Assembly: GCF_000981805.1 (NCBI RefSeq)
Contig: NZ_CP011132.1
Coordinates: forward strand, 5,224,805-5,248,804
From: Citrobacter amalonaticus Y19
GTDB taxonomy: Bacteria; Pseudomonadota; Gammaproteobacteria; Enterobacterales; Enterobacteriaceae
DNA length: 24,000 nt
Reading direction: 5' to 3'
In this document: positions 1-7,170 of the stretch, piece by piece
How positions within the stretch are numbered: the first letter of the stretch is position 1
Layout: the number at the start of each line of letters is the position of its first letter
Notes under the pieces: generated by a model
Databases searched by the model: none
Seen by the model: the letters and a program-made list of their open reading frames with translations, nothing else
Told to the model about the DNA's origin: nothing
Translations under genes and position numbers: made by a program

Positions 1-1
1 G

Positions 2-73
2 TTTGGCAACCTTCCCGAGGAAGAGGCCTGGCTGCTGTCCGTCCACTTTGAAGTCGCGAAAGACAACCTTTAA
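2..73 (+). CDS. 3' end of an upstream CDS (...FGNLPEEEAWLLSVHFEVAKDNL*), possibly a small stand-alone PRD-domain protein belonging to the downstream cluster
   Basis: Frame 2 is open from the window edge to TAA at 71-73, 11 nt before the next gene's ATG. The C-terminal 'AWLLSVHFE' resembles the conserved His-containing helix of PRD domains. Only 23 codons are visible. Confidence 0.35.
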   Translation, partial: FGNLPEEEAWLLSVHFEVAKDNL

Positions 74-84
74 GGAGTAACAAC

Positions 85-447
85 ATGGAACAGATTACAG
101 TCGTGATTGGCGATCGTCTGGGGAAAGGCCAGAAAGTGGCGGCAGGCGTCGAGAAAGCCGGTGGTCGTGCAGTGGTAGTACCGGGCGTCGCCGCGGATAT
201 GAAACTGGGGGACGTGATGAAAGCGGAAAACGCCACGTTCGGCATCTCTTTTTGCGGCAGCGGCGGCGCGGGCGCTATCACCGCACAGAACAAATACGGC
301 TACAAAGCCAAATACGGGATGCGCTCTGTGGATGAAGGCGTAACGGCGATTAACGAAGGCTGCAACGTGCTGGGCTTCGGCTTTATGGATAAAGAAGAGC
401 TCGGTGAGCGTCTGGTTCAGGCCTGGCAGAAAAAATACGGCGCGTAA
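85..447 (+). CDS. Glycine-rich SFCGS-motif protein (120 aa, soluble), function unknown
   Basis: ORF with SD (AAGGAG, 72-77) upstream of the ATG. It contains GISFCGSGGAGAITAQNK (Cys57, codon 253-255). Recognised from memory as the Gly_rich_SFCGS / 'EF_0830-AHA_3911' family. Confidence 0.85.
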   Translation: MEQITVVIGDRLGKGQKVAAGVEKAGGRAVVVPGVAADMKLGDVMKAENATFGISFCGSGGAGAITAQNKYGYKAKYGMRSVDEGVTAINEGCNVLGFGFMDKEELGERLVQAWQKKYGA

Positions 448-449
448 GT

Positions 450-749
450 ATGAAAGAACAATTCACCACAACGGTGAGAGTCACCGGTAAAGGCGAAGCC
501 AAAACGCGCGCCTTTGCCGATGCCCTGAACCACGTTCAGGCCGCGGTCATGAAGGCATCGCCGCATATTTTACTGCGTATTGAGCCACAGGATGTGCAGG
601 TTGTTCAAGCGCGGGAAGCGGTGCGCAAAGAAGCGTTTTTGTTCTTCTTTCTGCGCCGGGAACGACGCACTTACAGCGTGGAGCTGGATGTGACCGTCAA
701 CGTGACAGCCATCAATCTGGACAAGGTGGATTTTGTCTCGCAACGCTGA
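450..749 (+). CDS. Small soluble protein of unknown function (99 aa; DUF4312-like)
   Basis: The ATG lies 2 nt after the previous stop (TAAGTATG), suggesting translational coupling. No TM segments. Conserved partner of the SFCGS protein, as far as I recall. Confidence 0.75.
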   Translation: MKEQFTTTVRVTGKGEAKTRAFADALNHVQAAVMKASPHILLRIEPQDVQVVQAREAVRKEAFLFFFLRRERRTYSVELDVTVNVTAINLDKVDFVSQR

Positions 750-771
750 TTCTTGTTAAGAAGGCATAATT

Positions 772-1548
772 ATGTTCCTGATAATTTTAATAAAATCGCT
801 CATCATCGGTGCCCTCGTCGGCGTGGGTGTGGGGGCCGGGGCTGCACGCATGTTTCATGCGCCTACTACACAGGGGATGGGGGCATTTCGAACTCTGGGG
901 GAACTGAACTCCTGCGAAGGGGATCCGGCTTCTCACTTCTCGTTTGGTCTGGGCTTTTTCTTTAACGCCTGGGCCTCATCCGTTGCGGCGGGCTCGTTCA
1001 CACAGGACGTGGATCACCGCATTATTCCTAACTGGGGCGCGGCAGCGCTGATGATCAAAAACCGCAACGTCGGTGAAACGCTGCATGACCCGAAAAAGAT
1101 GGCGATTGCCTGCGGCATCATCGGCATGATCGTCGTGACCTTCCTGAACCTCACCGCCTCTTCCGTACCGGAAGCGTTGCAGGTGACCGCCGTTAAGGTA
1201 CTGGTTCCTGCGGCAAACCTGCTGGTCAACACCGTGATGCCGGTGATCTTCTGGCTGGCGGCAATCGACGCCGGTAAGAAATCGGGCTTCTGGGCAACCG
1301 TTTTCGGCGGCGCGGCGCAGTTGATCATGGGTAACGCCGTACCGGGTCTGGTGCTGGGCATCCTGATCGGTAAAGGCGTTGAAGAGAGCGGCTGGAACCA
1401 TGTGACCAAAGTGATGATGGCGGCGATTGTTCTGCTGTTCGTCCTGAGCGGCTTCTTCCGTGGCTTCGACATGAAGATGATCGAATCCTTCCACATGACC
1501 GTGCCGAACTGGCTCGAACTGATCCACAACTCGCTTAGCGGCAAATAA
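772..1548 (+). CDS. Polytopic inner-membrane protein of unknown function (258 aa; DUF4311-like)
   Basis: SD AAGAAGG upstream. Multiple Gly/Ala/Val-rich hydrophobic segments (IIGALVGVGVGAGAA, IACGIIGMIVVTFL, VMPVIFWLAAI, VLGILIG, AAIVLLFVLSGFF). Confidence 0.85.
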   Translation: MFLIILIKSLIIGALVGVGVGAGAARMFHAPTTQGMGAFRTLGELNSCEGDPASHFSFGLGFFFNAWASSVAAGSFTQDVDHRIIPNWGAAALMIKNRNVGETLHDPKKMAIACGIIGMIVVTFLNLTASSVPEALQVTAVKVLVPAANLLVNTVMPVIFWLAAIDAGKKSGFWATVFGGAAQLIMGNAVPGLVLGILIGKGVEESGWNHVTKVMMAAIVLLFVLSGFFRGFDMKMIESFHMTVPNWLELIHNSLSGK

Positions 1549-1559
1549 CGGAGGCCACA

Positions 1560-2204
1560 ATGGAACAGAATAAAGGTTTTTGGTTTGCCGACTGGTCGTT
1601 CCCGATCTTCGTTGGCTTGCTCTCCTCCGGCGTGTTTGCCGGGACGCACATGTACTACCTGTACGGGATTGGCGCGTTCAACGAAGTGGCTTTCGTGGCC
1701 ATGCTGAAAGCGGGAATTGATACCGGATCGTACGGCGCGGTGGCGGCGTTTGGCGCCAGCTTCCTGTTCGCCCGTATTATCGAAGGTTCTCTGGTGGGGA
1801 TTCTGGATATCGGCGGCGCGATTCAGACCGGCGTGGGTCTGGGGGTTCCGGCGCTGCTGCTGGGCGCGGGCATTATGTTCCCGGTTGAGAACTTTATCGC
1901 TTCTCTGGCTACGGGGCTGGCGATTGGTCTGGCGATCGGTTACGTCATCATTCTGGCGCGTAAGTTCACCATCAATCAAAGTGATTCGACCTACGGGGCG
2001 GACGTGATGATGGGGGCCGGTAACGCCTCGGGGCGTTTCCTTGGCCCATTGATCATCCTCAGTGCGATGACGGCGTCGATCCCTATCGGTGTGGGTTCTT
2101 TGGTTGGCGCACTGCTGTTTTACATCTGGCAGAAACCGATCACCGGCGGCGCGATCCTTGGCGCAATGATTTTAGGTTCAATCTTCCCGATTGCCATTAG
2201 CTAA
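1560..2204 (+). CDS. Polytopic inner-membrane protein of unknown function (214 aa; DUF4310-like)
   Basis: SD GGAGG 6 nt upstream of the ATG. Hydrophobic Gly-rich segments run throughout (FVGLLSSGVFAG, GVGLGVPALLLGAGIMF, LATGLAIGLAIGYVIIL, GAILGAMILGSIF). Confidence 0.85.
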   Translation: MEQNKGFWFADWSFPIFVGLLSSGVFAGTHMYYLYGIGAFNEVAFVAMLKAGIDTGSYGAVAAFGASFLFARIIEGSLVGILDIGGAIQTGVGLGVPALLLGAGIMFPVENFIASLATGLAIGLAIGYVIILARKFTINQSDSTYGADVMMGAGNASGRFLGPLIILSAMTASIPIGVGSLVGALLFYIWQKPITGGAILGAMILGSIFPIAIS

Positions 2205-2211
2205 CCCCCCG

Positions 2212-2231
2212 GCGGGCGTGAAAACGCCCGC
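2212..2231 (+). other. Intercistronic GC-rich stem-loop between the membrane-protein module and the enzyme module
   Basis: GCGGGCG-TGAAAA-CGCCCGC: a 7-bp perfect stem and 6-nt loop with no downstream T-tract. It lies 8 nt after the stop at 2204 and 18 nt before the ATG at 2249. Confidence 0.45.
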
Positions 2232-2248
2232 ACTAACAGGAGAGAGAC

Positions 2249-3382
2249 ATGTTTGATTTACTCCTGCGCCGTGCGCGTCTGGTTGACGATACGGTTTGTG
2301 ACATCGCCCTGAAGGACGGCAAAATCGCCGCGTTAGGCGAGATAAACGACCCGGCGGTGAAAACCGTTGAGCTCAACGGCGAGTGTTACGTCAGCGCCGG
2401 ATGGATTGATTCCCACGTTCACTGCTATCCAAACTCCCCGATTTATCACGACGAACCGGACAGCGTAGGCATTGCCACCGGCGTGACCACCGTTGTGGAT
2501 GCGGGCAGCACCGGTGCCGACGATATTGATGATTTCTATACCCTTACGCGCGAAGCTGCGACGGAAGTCTATGCGCTACTGAATATCTCCCGTGTCGGAT
2601 TGATTGCACAAAACGAGCTGGCGAACATGGCCAACATCGACGCCGACGCGGTGAAGCAGGCGGTAAAACGTTACCCCGATTTTATCGTTGGCCTGAAGGC
2701 GCGAATGAGCAGCAGCGTGGTGGGTGAAAATGGCATTACACCGCTGGATCGCGCGAAAGCGATGCAGCAAGAGAACGGTGATTTTCCCCTGATGGTCCAC
2801 ATCGGCAATAACCCGCCGGATTTGGATGAGATTGCGGAGCGCCTGACGGCGGGCGATATCATCACCCACTGCTACAACGGAAAACCCAATCGTATCCTGA
2901 CGCCGGAAGGCGAACTGCGCGCCTCGGTCACCCGGGCGATTCAACGCGGTGTGCGTCTGGATGTTGGGCACGGCACTGCCAGCCTGAGTTTCGCGGTGGC
3001 GAAACGCGCCATCAGCTTAGGCATTCTGCCGCAGACCATCAGCTCTGATATCTATTGCCGCAACCGCATCAGCGGCCCGGTGTATTCACTGGCGAACGTG
3101 ATGTCGAAATTCCTCGCCATCGGAATGTCGCTGCCGCAGGTCATCGACTGCGTGACCGCCAATGCCGCCGATGGCTTGCGTCTGAAATCCAAAGGTCGCC
3201 TCCAGCCAGGTCTGGACGCTGACTTAACCCTCTTTACGCTAAAGCGTCAGCCAACCGTGCTGATGGATGCCGAAAATGACAGTTTGCAGGCTGAGAATCT
3301 GCTGGTGCCGCTTGCCGCAATACGTGCGGGCAAGGGCTATATGACCGAACAAGGGAGCGCGGAACATGCCTTCGATTTTTGA
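2249..3382 (+). CDS. Metal-dependent amidohydrolase / deacetylase (dihydroorotase/NagA-like superfamily), 377 aa
   Basis: SD AGGAGAG upstream. The N-terminal beta-sandwich-type start (LLRRARLVDD...DIALKDGKIAALG) is followed by WIDSHVHC, the HxH metal motif (His56/His58, 2414-2422). VDAGSTG and DVGHG motifs are typical of the superfamily. Confidence 0.85.
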   Translation: MFDLLLRRARLVDDTVCDIALKDGKIAALGEINDPAVKTVELNGECYVSAGWIDSHVHCYPNSPIYHDEPDSVGIATGVTTVVDAGSTGADDIDDFYTLTREAATEVYALLNISRVGLIAQNELANMANIDADAVKQAVKRYPDFIVGLKARMSSSVVGENGITPLDRAKAMQQENGDFPLMVHIGNNPPDLDEIAERLTAGDIITHCYNGKPNRILTPEGELRASVTRAIQRGVRLDVGHGTASLSFAVAKRAISLGILPQTISSDIYCRNRISGPVYSLANVMSKFLAIGMSLPQVIDCVTANAADGLRLKSKGRLQPGLDADLTLFTLKRQPTVLMDAENDSLQAENLLVPLAAIRAGKGYMTEQGSAEHAFDF

Positions 3383-4484
3383 GAAATACCATTTAAAGCA
3401 GGTTATTAATACCTCCGGACGTATGACGGCGCTGGGCGTTTCTACGCCGCGCCCGGAAGTGGTGGAAGCGGCGATGGCCGGCATGAACCAGTACTTTGAA
3501 ATGAAAGATCTGGTGAATAAAACCGGGGAATACATCGCGACGCTGCTGGATGTGGAAGGGGCGACAGTGGTCTCCTGTGCGTCGGCGGGTATCGCCCAGT
3601 CGGTGGCTGCCGTGCTGGTTCAGGACAGCGACTGGCTGTTGGAAAACCTGCACGTCACGCCGATTGAAAATAACGAAATCGTGCTGCCGAGAGGCCATAA
3701 CGTCAACTTTGGTGCGCCGGTCGGCACGATGGTGGCGCTGGGCGGCGGCAAGCTGGTGGAAGCGGGTTATGCCAATGAATGTTCTGCTGCACAGCTGGCT
3801 GCGGCGATCACCCCGCGTACGGCGGCGATCCTGTACATCAAATCCCACCACTGCGTGCAGAAAAGCATGCTCAGCGTTGAGCAGGCTGTCGTGGTGGCGC
3901 GTAAACATAATCTGCCGCTGATTGTCGATGCGGCAGCGGAAGAAGATCTGCAGTGCTACTACCGTTCCGGCGCGGATCTGGTGATCTACAGCGGTGCGAA
4001 GGCCATTGAAGGGCCAACCAGCGGACTGGTCATCGGTAAAACGCAGTATGTCGAGTGGGTGAAACGCCAGACTGCGGGCATTGGCCGGGCGATGAAGGTC
4101 GGCAAAGAGGGGATTCTTGGCCTGACCTGCGCCATTGAACTCTATCTGCATGCGCAGAAAGAGAGCGGCGCGGAGATGGTGGAAAAAATGACGCCGTTTA
4201 TTGACGCGCTGAATGCGCTCAACGGGGTGACCGCTCGCGTGGTGTGGGACAGCGCCGGACGGGATATCGCCCGTGCAGAAATTAAGTTCGATGAAGCCGT
4301 TACCGGCATCGCGACGGGTGAACTGGTGGACGCGCTCAAGCAGGGCGAATACGCAATTTACTTCCGTGGCTACAAAGCCAACGAAGGGATTATTGAAGCG
4401 GATGTGCGCAGCGTAGACCGCGCACAGCTGGACATTGTGGCGCGCCGTATCGGTGACGTGATTAATCAGGAGAAACAAGCATGA
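3366..4484 (+). CDS. SelA-like PLP-dependent enzyme (DgaE-like; candidate aminosugar-acid-phosphate ammonia-lyase/dehydratase), 372 aa
   Basis: 17-nt overlap with the previous gene. The motif YSGAKAIEGPTSG matches the SelA-family PLP-lysine loop (SGDK..GGPQ.G), placing it at Lys212 (codon 3999-4001). The N-terminal 'KQVINTSGRMTALG' is typical of the family. Confidence 0.8.
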   Translation: MPSIFEKYHLKQVINTSGRMTALGVSTPRPEVVEAAMAGMNQYFEMKDLVNKTGEYIATLLDVEGATVVSCASAGIAQSVAAVLVQDSDWLLENLHVTPIENNEIVLPRGHNVNFGAPVGTMVALGGGKLVEAGYANECSAAQLAAAITPRTAAILYIKSHHCVQKSMLSVEQAVVVARKHNLPLIVDAAAEEDLQCYYRSGADLVIYSGAKAIEGPTSGLVIGKTQYVEWVKRQTAGIGRAMKVGKEGILGLTCAIELYLHAQKESGAEMVEKMTPFIDALNALNGVTARVVWDSAGRDIARAEIKFDEAVTGIATGELVDALKQGEYAIYFRGYKANEGIIEADVRSVDRAQLDIVARRIGDVINQEKQA

Positions 4485-5221
4485 AACTGACCCCGAACTT
4501 TTACCGCGATCGCGTCTGCCTGAATGTACTGGCCGGCTCGAAAGAGAACGCTCGTGATATTTACGACGCGGCGGAAGGTCATGTGCTGGTCGGCGTGCTC
4601 TCCAAAAATTACCCGGATGTCGAAAGCGCCGTGGCGGATATGCGTGACTACGCGACGCTTATCAACAACGCGCTCTCTGTCGGGCTGGGCGCGGGCGATC
4701 CGAACCAGTCGGCGATGGTCAGTGAAATCTCCCGCCAGGTTCAGCCGCAGCACGTCAACCAGGTGTTCACCGGCGTGGCAACCAGTCGCGCCCTGCTCGG
4801 GCAGAGTGAGACGGTGGTTAACGGTCTGGTATCGCCAACCGGTACGCCGGGTCTGGTGAAAATTTCCACCGGACCGTTGAGCTGCAAAGCGGCGGACGGC
4901 ATTGTCCCGGTCGAAACGGCTATCGCATTGCTGAAAGATATGGGCGGTAGTTCGATCAAATACTTCCCGATGGGCGGTCTGAAATGCCGTGACGAATATA
5001 AAGCGGTGGCTGAGGCCTGTGCGCGTCATGATTTCTGGCTGGAACCGACCGGTGGGATCGATCTGGAAAACTATGCTGAGATTTTGCAAATTGCCCTCGA
5101 CGCGGGCGTCAGTAAAATCATTCCTCACATTTATAGTTCTATTATTGATAAGGTAAATGGGAACACCCGTCCGGATGATGTGCGCCAGCTGCTTGCGCTG
5201 ACCCGGGCGTGTGTAGGTTAA
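4481..5221 (+). CDS. KDGP-aldolase family protein (DgaF-like 2-dehydro-3-deoxy-phosphogluconate aldolase), 246 aa
   Basis: ATGA start/stop overlap with the upstream gene. Recognised by similarity to DgaF / the 'EF_0839' KDGP aldolase family (e.g. IKYFPMGGL, LEPTGGID). Confidence 0.75.
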   Translation: MKLTPNFYRDRVCLNVLAGSKENARDIYDAAEGHVLVGVLSKNYPDVESAVADMRDYATLINNALSVGLGAGDPNQSAMVSEISRQVQPQHVNQVFTGVATSRALLGQSETVVNGLVSPTGTPGLVKISTGPLSCKAADGIVPVETAIALLKDMGGSSIKYFPMGGLKCRDEYKAVAEACARHDFWLEPTGGIDLENYAEILQIALDAGVSKIIPHIYSSIIDKVNGNTRPDDVRQLLALTRACVG

Positions 5222-5239
5222 AAAAACGAGGAGAGTGAT

Positions 5240-7150
5240 GTGCGATTCCCCAACCAACGTTTGGCGCAACTGTTTACTATGTTGCAAAACGAGACGCTGC
5301 CACAGGATGAGCTGGCGCAGCGGTTGTCGGTTTCCACACGTACTGTTCGTGCCGATATTACTGCGCTCAACGCCCTGCTGACTCAGCACGGCGCGCAGTT
5401 TATCCTCAGCCGGGGCAACGGTTATCAGCTCAGGATCGATGACCCGGCAAGCTATCAGTCCCTGCAATCGCAGCAGCCCAGCGCGCTGCGAATTCCGCGA
5501 ACCAGTCATGAACGCGTGCACTATCTGATGGTGCGCTTTCTGACATCCGCCTTTTCTCTCAAACTCGAAGATTTAGCTGATGAATGGTTTGTCAGTCGGG
5601 CGACGTTACAGAACGACATGGCGGAAGTGCGCGAATGGCTGCAACGCTATCATCTGACGCTGGAAACGCGCCCGCGCCACGGTATGAAACTGTTCGGCAG
5701 CGAGATGGCGATCCGCGCCTGTCTGACCGATCTGCTCTGGACCCTGGCGCAGCAGGATCCTGCTAATCCGCTGGTGACCGAAGAGGCGCTGTATGCCGGT
5801 GTGCCGTCGCAGCTTCAACCTCTCCTTGAGGAGATCTTCAACCGCTTCCATATTCGCCTTACCGACGAAGGCGAGCTGTTTTTGCGTCTGTACTGCGCGG
5901 TCGCGGTACGCCGCATCAGCGAAGGGTATCCGCTGTCGGAGTTCACCACCGAAGAGGTGGAAGAGAACGTGTGCCTGGCGGCGCGTGAGATTGCTGCTGT
6001 GGTGCAGCATCTGGCAAATCATCCGCTTTCGGTGTCAGAAGAGAACTGGCTGAAGGTGCATATCGCGGCGCGGCAGGTGCAGGAGATTGCCCCCAGCGCG
6101 ATCAATGCCGACGACGAGGAAGCGCTGGTCAATTACATCCTGCGGTTTATCAACAGCCAGTACAACTATAACCTGTTGAATGATAAACAGCTTCATGCGG
6201 ATTTACTCACTCACATCAAAACGATGATCACCCGGGTGCGCTATCAGATAATGATCCCGAACCCGCTGCTGGAGAACATCAAGCAGCACTATCCAATGGC
6301 ATGGGATATGACCCTGGCGGCGGTTTCCAGTTGGGGCAAATACACCCCTTACGCCATCAGCGAAAATGAGATCGGCTTTCTGGTGTTGCACATCGGCGTT
6401 GGGCTTGAACGTAGTTACAACATCGGTTACCAACGGCAGCCAAAAGTCCTGCTGGTTTGTGACGCGGGAAATGCGATGGTGCGGATGATTGAAGCGGTAC
6501 TGGCGCGTAAATATCCGCAGATTGAAATTGTGCATACGCTGACGCTGCGCGATTATGAACAGCGCGAGAGTATCGCGGAGGACTTTGTGATCGCCACTGC
6601 GCGGATCGGTGAGAAAGACAAACCGGTCGTGCAAATAGCCCCGTTCCCCACCGATTATCAGCTGGAACAGATTGGTAAATTGGTGCTGGTGGACAGAACC
6701 CGTCCGTGGATGCTGAACAAATACTTTGATGCCGCGCATTTTCGTATTATCGACGGCGAAATGGACCAGCAGACGCTGTTTAAAACCTTGTGCGATCAGT
6801 TGCAGAGTGAAGGGTTTGTCGATGCGGAATTCCTCGACTCGGTGGTCGAGCGTGAGGCGATCGTCAGCACAATGCTCGGTGACAGCATTGCGCTGCCGCA
6901 CGCCCTCGGACTGCTGGCGAAAAAAACGGTGGTCTATACGGTGCTCGCCCCACAGGGCATCGCCTGGGGTGACGAAACCGCACACGTGATCTTTTTACTC
7001 GCGATCAGTAAAAGCGAGTACGAAGAGGCAATGGCTATCTACGATATCTTCGTCACTTTCCTGCGTGAACGCGCGATGACGCGACTGTGCGGTAGCCAAA
7101 ACTTCGCCGAGTTTAAAGCGGTAGCGATGGAGTGCGTGAGTCGTTTTTGA
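5240..7150 (+). CDS. PRD-domain transcriptional regulator with N-terminal wHTH, two PRDs, an EIIB(Gat)-like domain and a C-terminal PTS EIIA(Mtl/Fru)-type domain (MtlR/LicR/ManR class), 636 aa
   Basis: GTG start with SD GAGGAGA (5229-5235).
- wHTH: ELAQRLSVSTRTVRADITALN.
- PRD-type His helices: WLKVHIAARQ, LLTHIKTMITR, FLVLHIGVGL.
- EIIB-like: KVLLVCDAGNAM (Cys407, 6458-6460).
- EIIA-2 active-site-like: GDSIALPHALG (His554, 6899-6901). Confidence 0.85.
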   Translation: MRFPNQRLAQLFTMLQNETLPQDELAQRLSVSTRTVRADITALNALLTQHGAQFILSRGNGYQLRIDDPASYQSLQSQQPSALRIPRTSHERVHYLMVRFLTSAFSLKLEDLADEWFVSRATLQNDMAEVREWLQRYHLTLETRPRHGMKLFGSEMAIRACLTDLLWTLAQQDPANPLVTEEALYAGVPSQLQPLLEEIFNRFHIRLTDEGELFLRLYCAVAVRRISEGYPLSEFTTEEVEENVCLAAREIAAVVQHLANHPLSVSEENWLKVHIAARQVQEIAPSAINADDEEALVNYILRFINSQYNYNLLNDKQLHADLLTHIKTMITRVRYQIMIPNPLLENIKQHYPMAWDMTLAAVSSWGKYTPYAISENEIGFLVLHIGVGLERSYNIGYQRQPKVLLVCDAGNAMVRMIEAVLARKYPQIEIVHTLTLRDYEQRESIAEDFVIATARIGEKDKPVVQIAPFPTDYQLEQIGKLVLVDRTRPWMLNKYFDAAHFRIIDGEMDQQTLFKTLCDQLQSEGFVDAEFLDSVVEREAIVSTMLGDSIALPHALGLLAKKTVVYTVLAPQGIAWGDETAHVIFLLAISKSEYEEAMAIYDIFVTFLRERAMTRLCGSQNFAEFKAVAMECVSRF

Positions 7151-7170
7151 GAGCCATTATCCAGATATGA

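Noticed and set aside
753-965. 70-aa ORF overlapping the start of the 258-aa membrane-protein gene in another frame
   Set aside because: The ORF starting at 772 has an SD and continuous TM-like sequence. The ORF starting at 753 is out of frame and Arg/Gly-rich.
976-1979. Long minus-strand ORFs (976-1560, 1014-1979) antisense to the two membrane-protein genes
   Set aside because: These are Arg/His/Gln-rich, low-complexity translations typical of shadow ORFs opposite GC-rich coding sequence. They have no SD, and the plus-strand genes show coherent membrane-protein sequence and operon spacing.
3393-5521. 361-aa and 351-aa minus-strand ORFs (3393-4478, 4466-5521) opposite the PLP-enzyme and aldolase genes
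   Set aside because: Shadow ORFs with Arg-rich composition and no recognisable motifs. The plus-strand products carry family-specific motifs (PLP-Lys loop, aldolase signatures) and are translationally coupled.
6203-6985. 260-aa minus-strand ORF inside the PRD regulator gene, plus small plus-strand ORFs at 5584-5766, 5793-6053 and 6726-6989
   Set aside because: They are antisense or out of frame to a clearly multi-domain regulator, and have no independent start signals.
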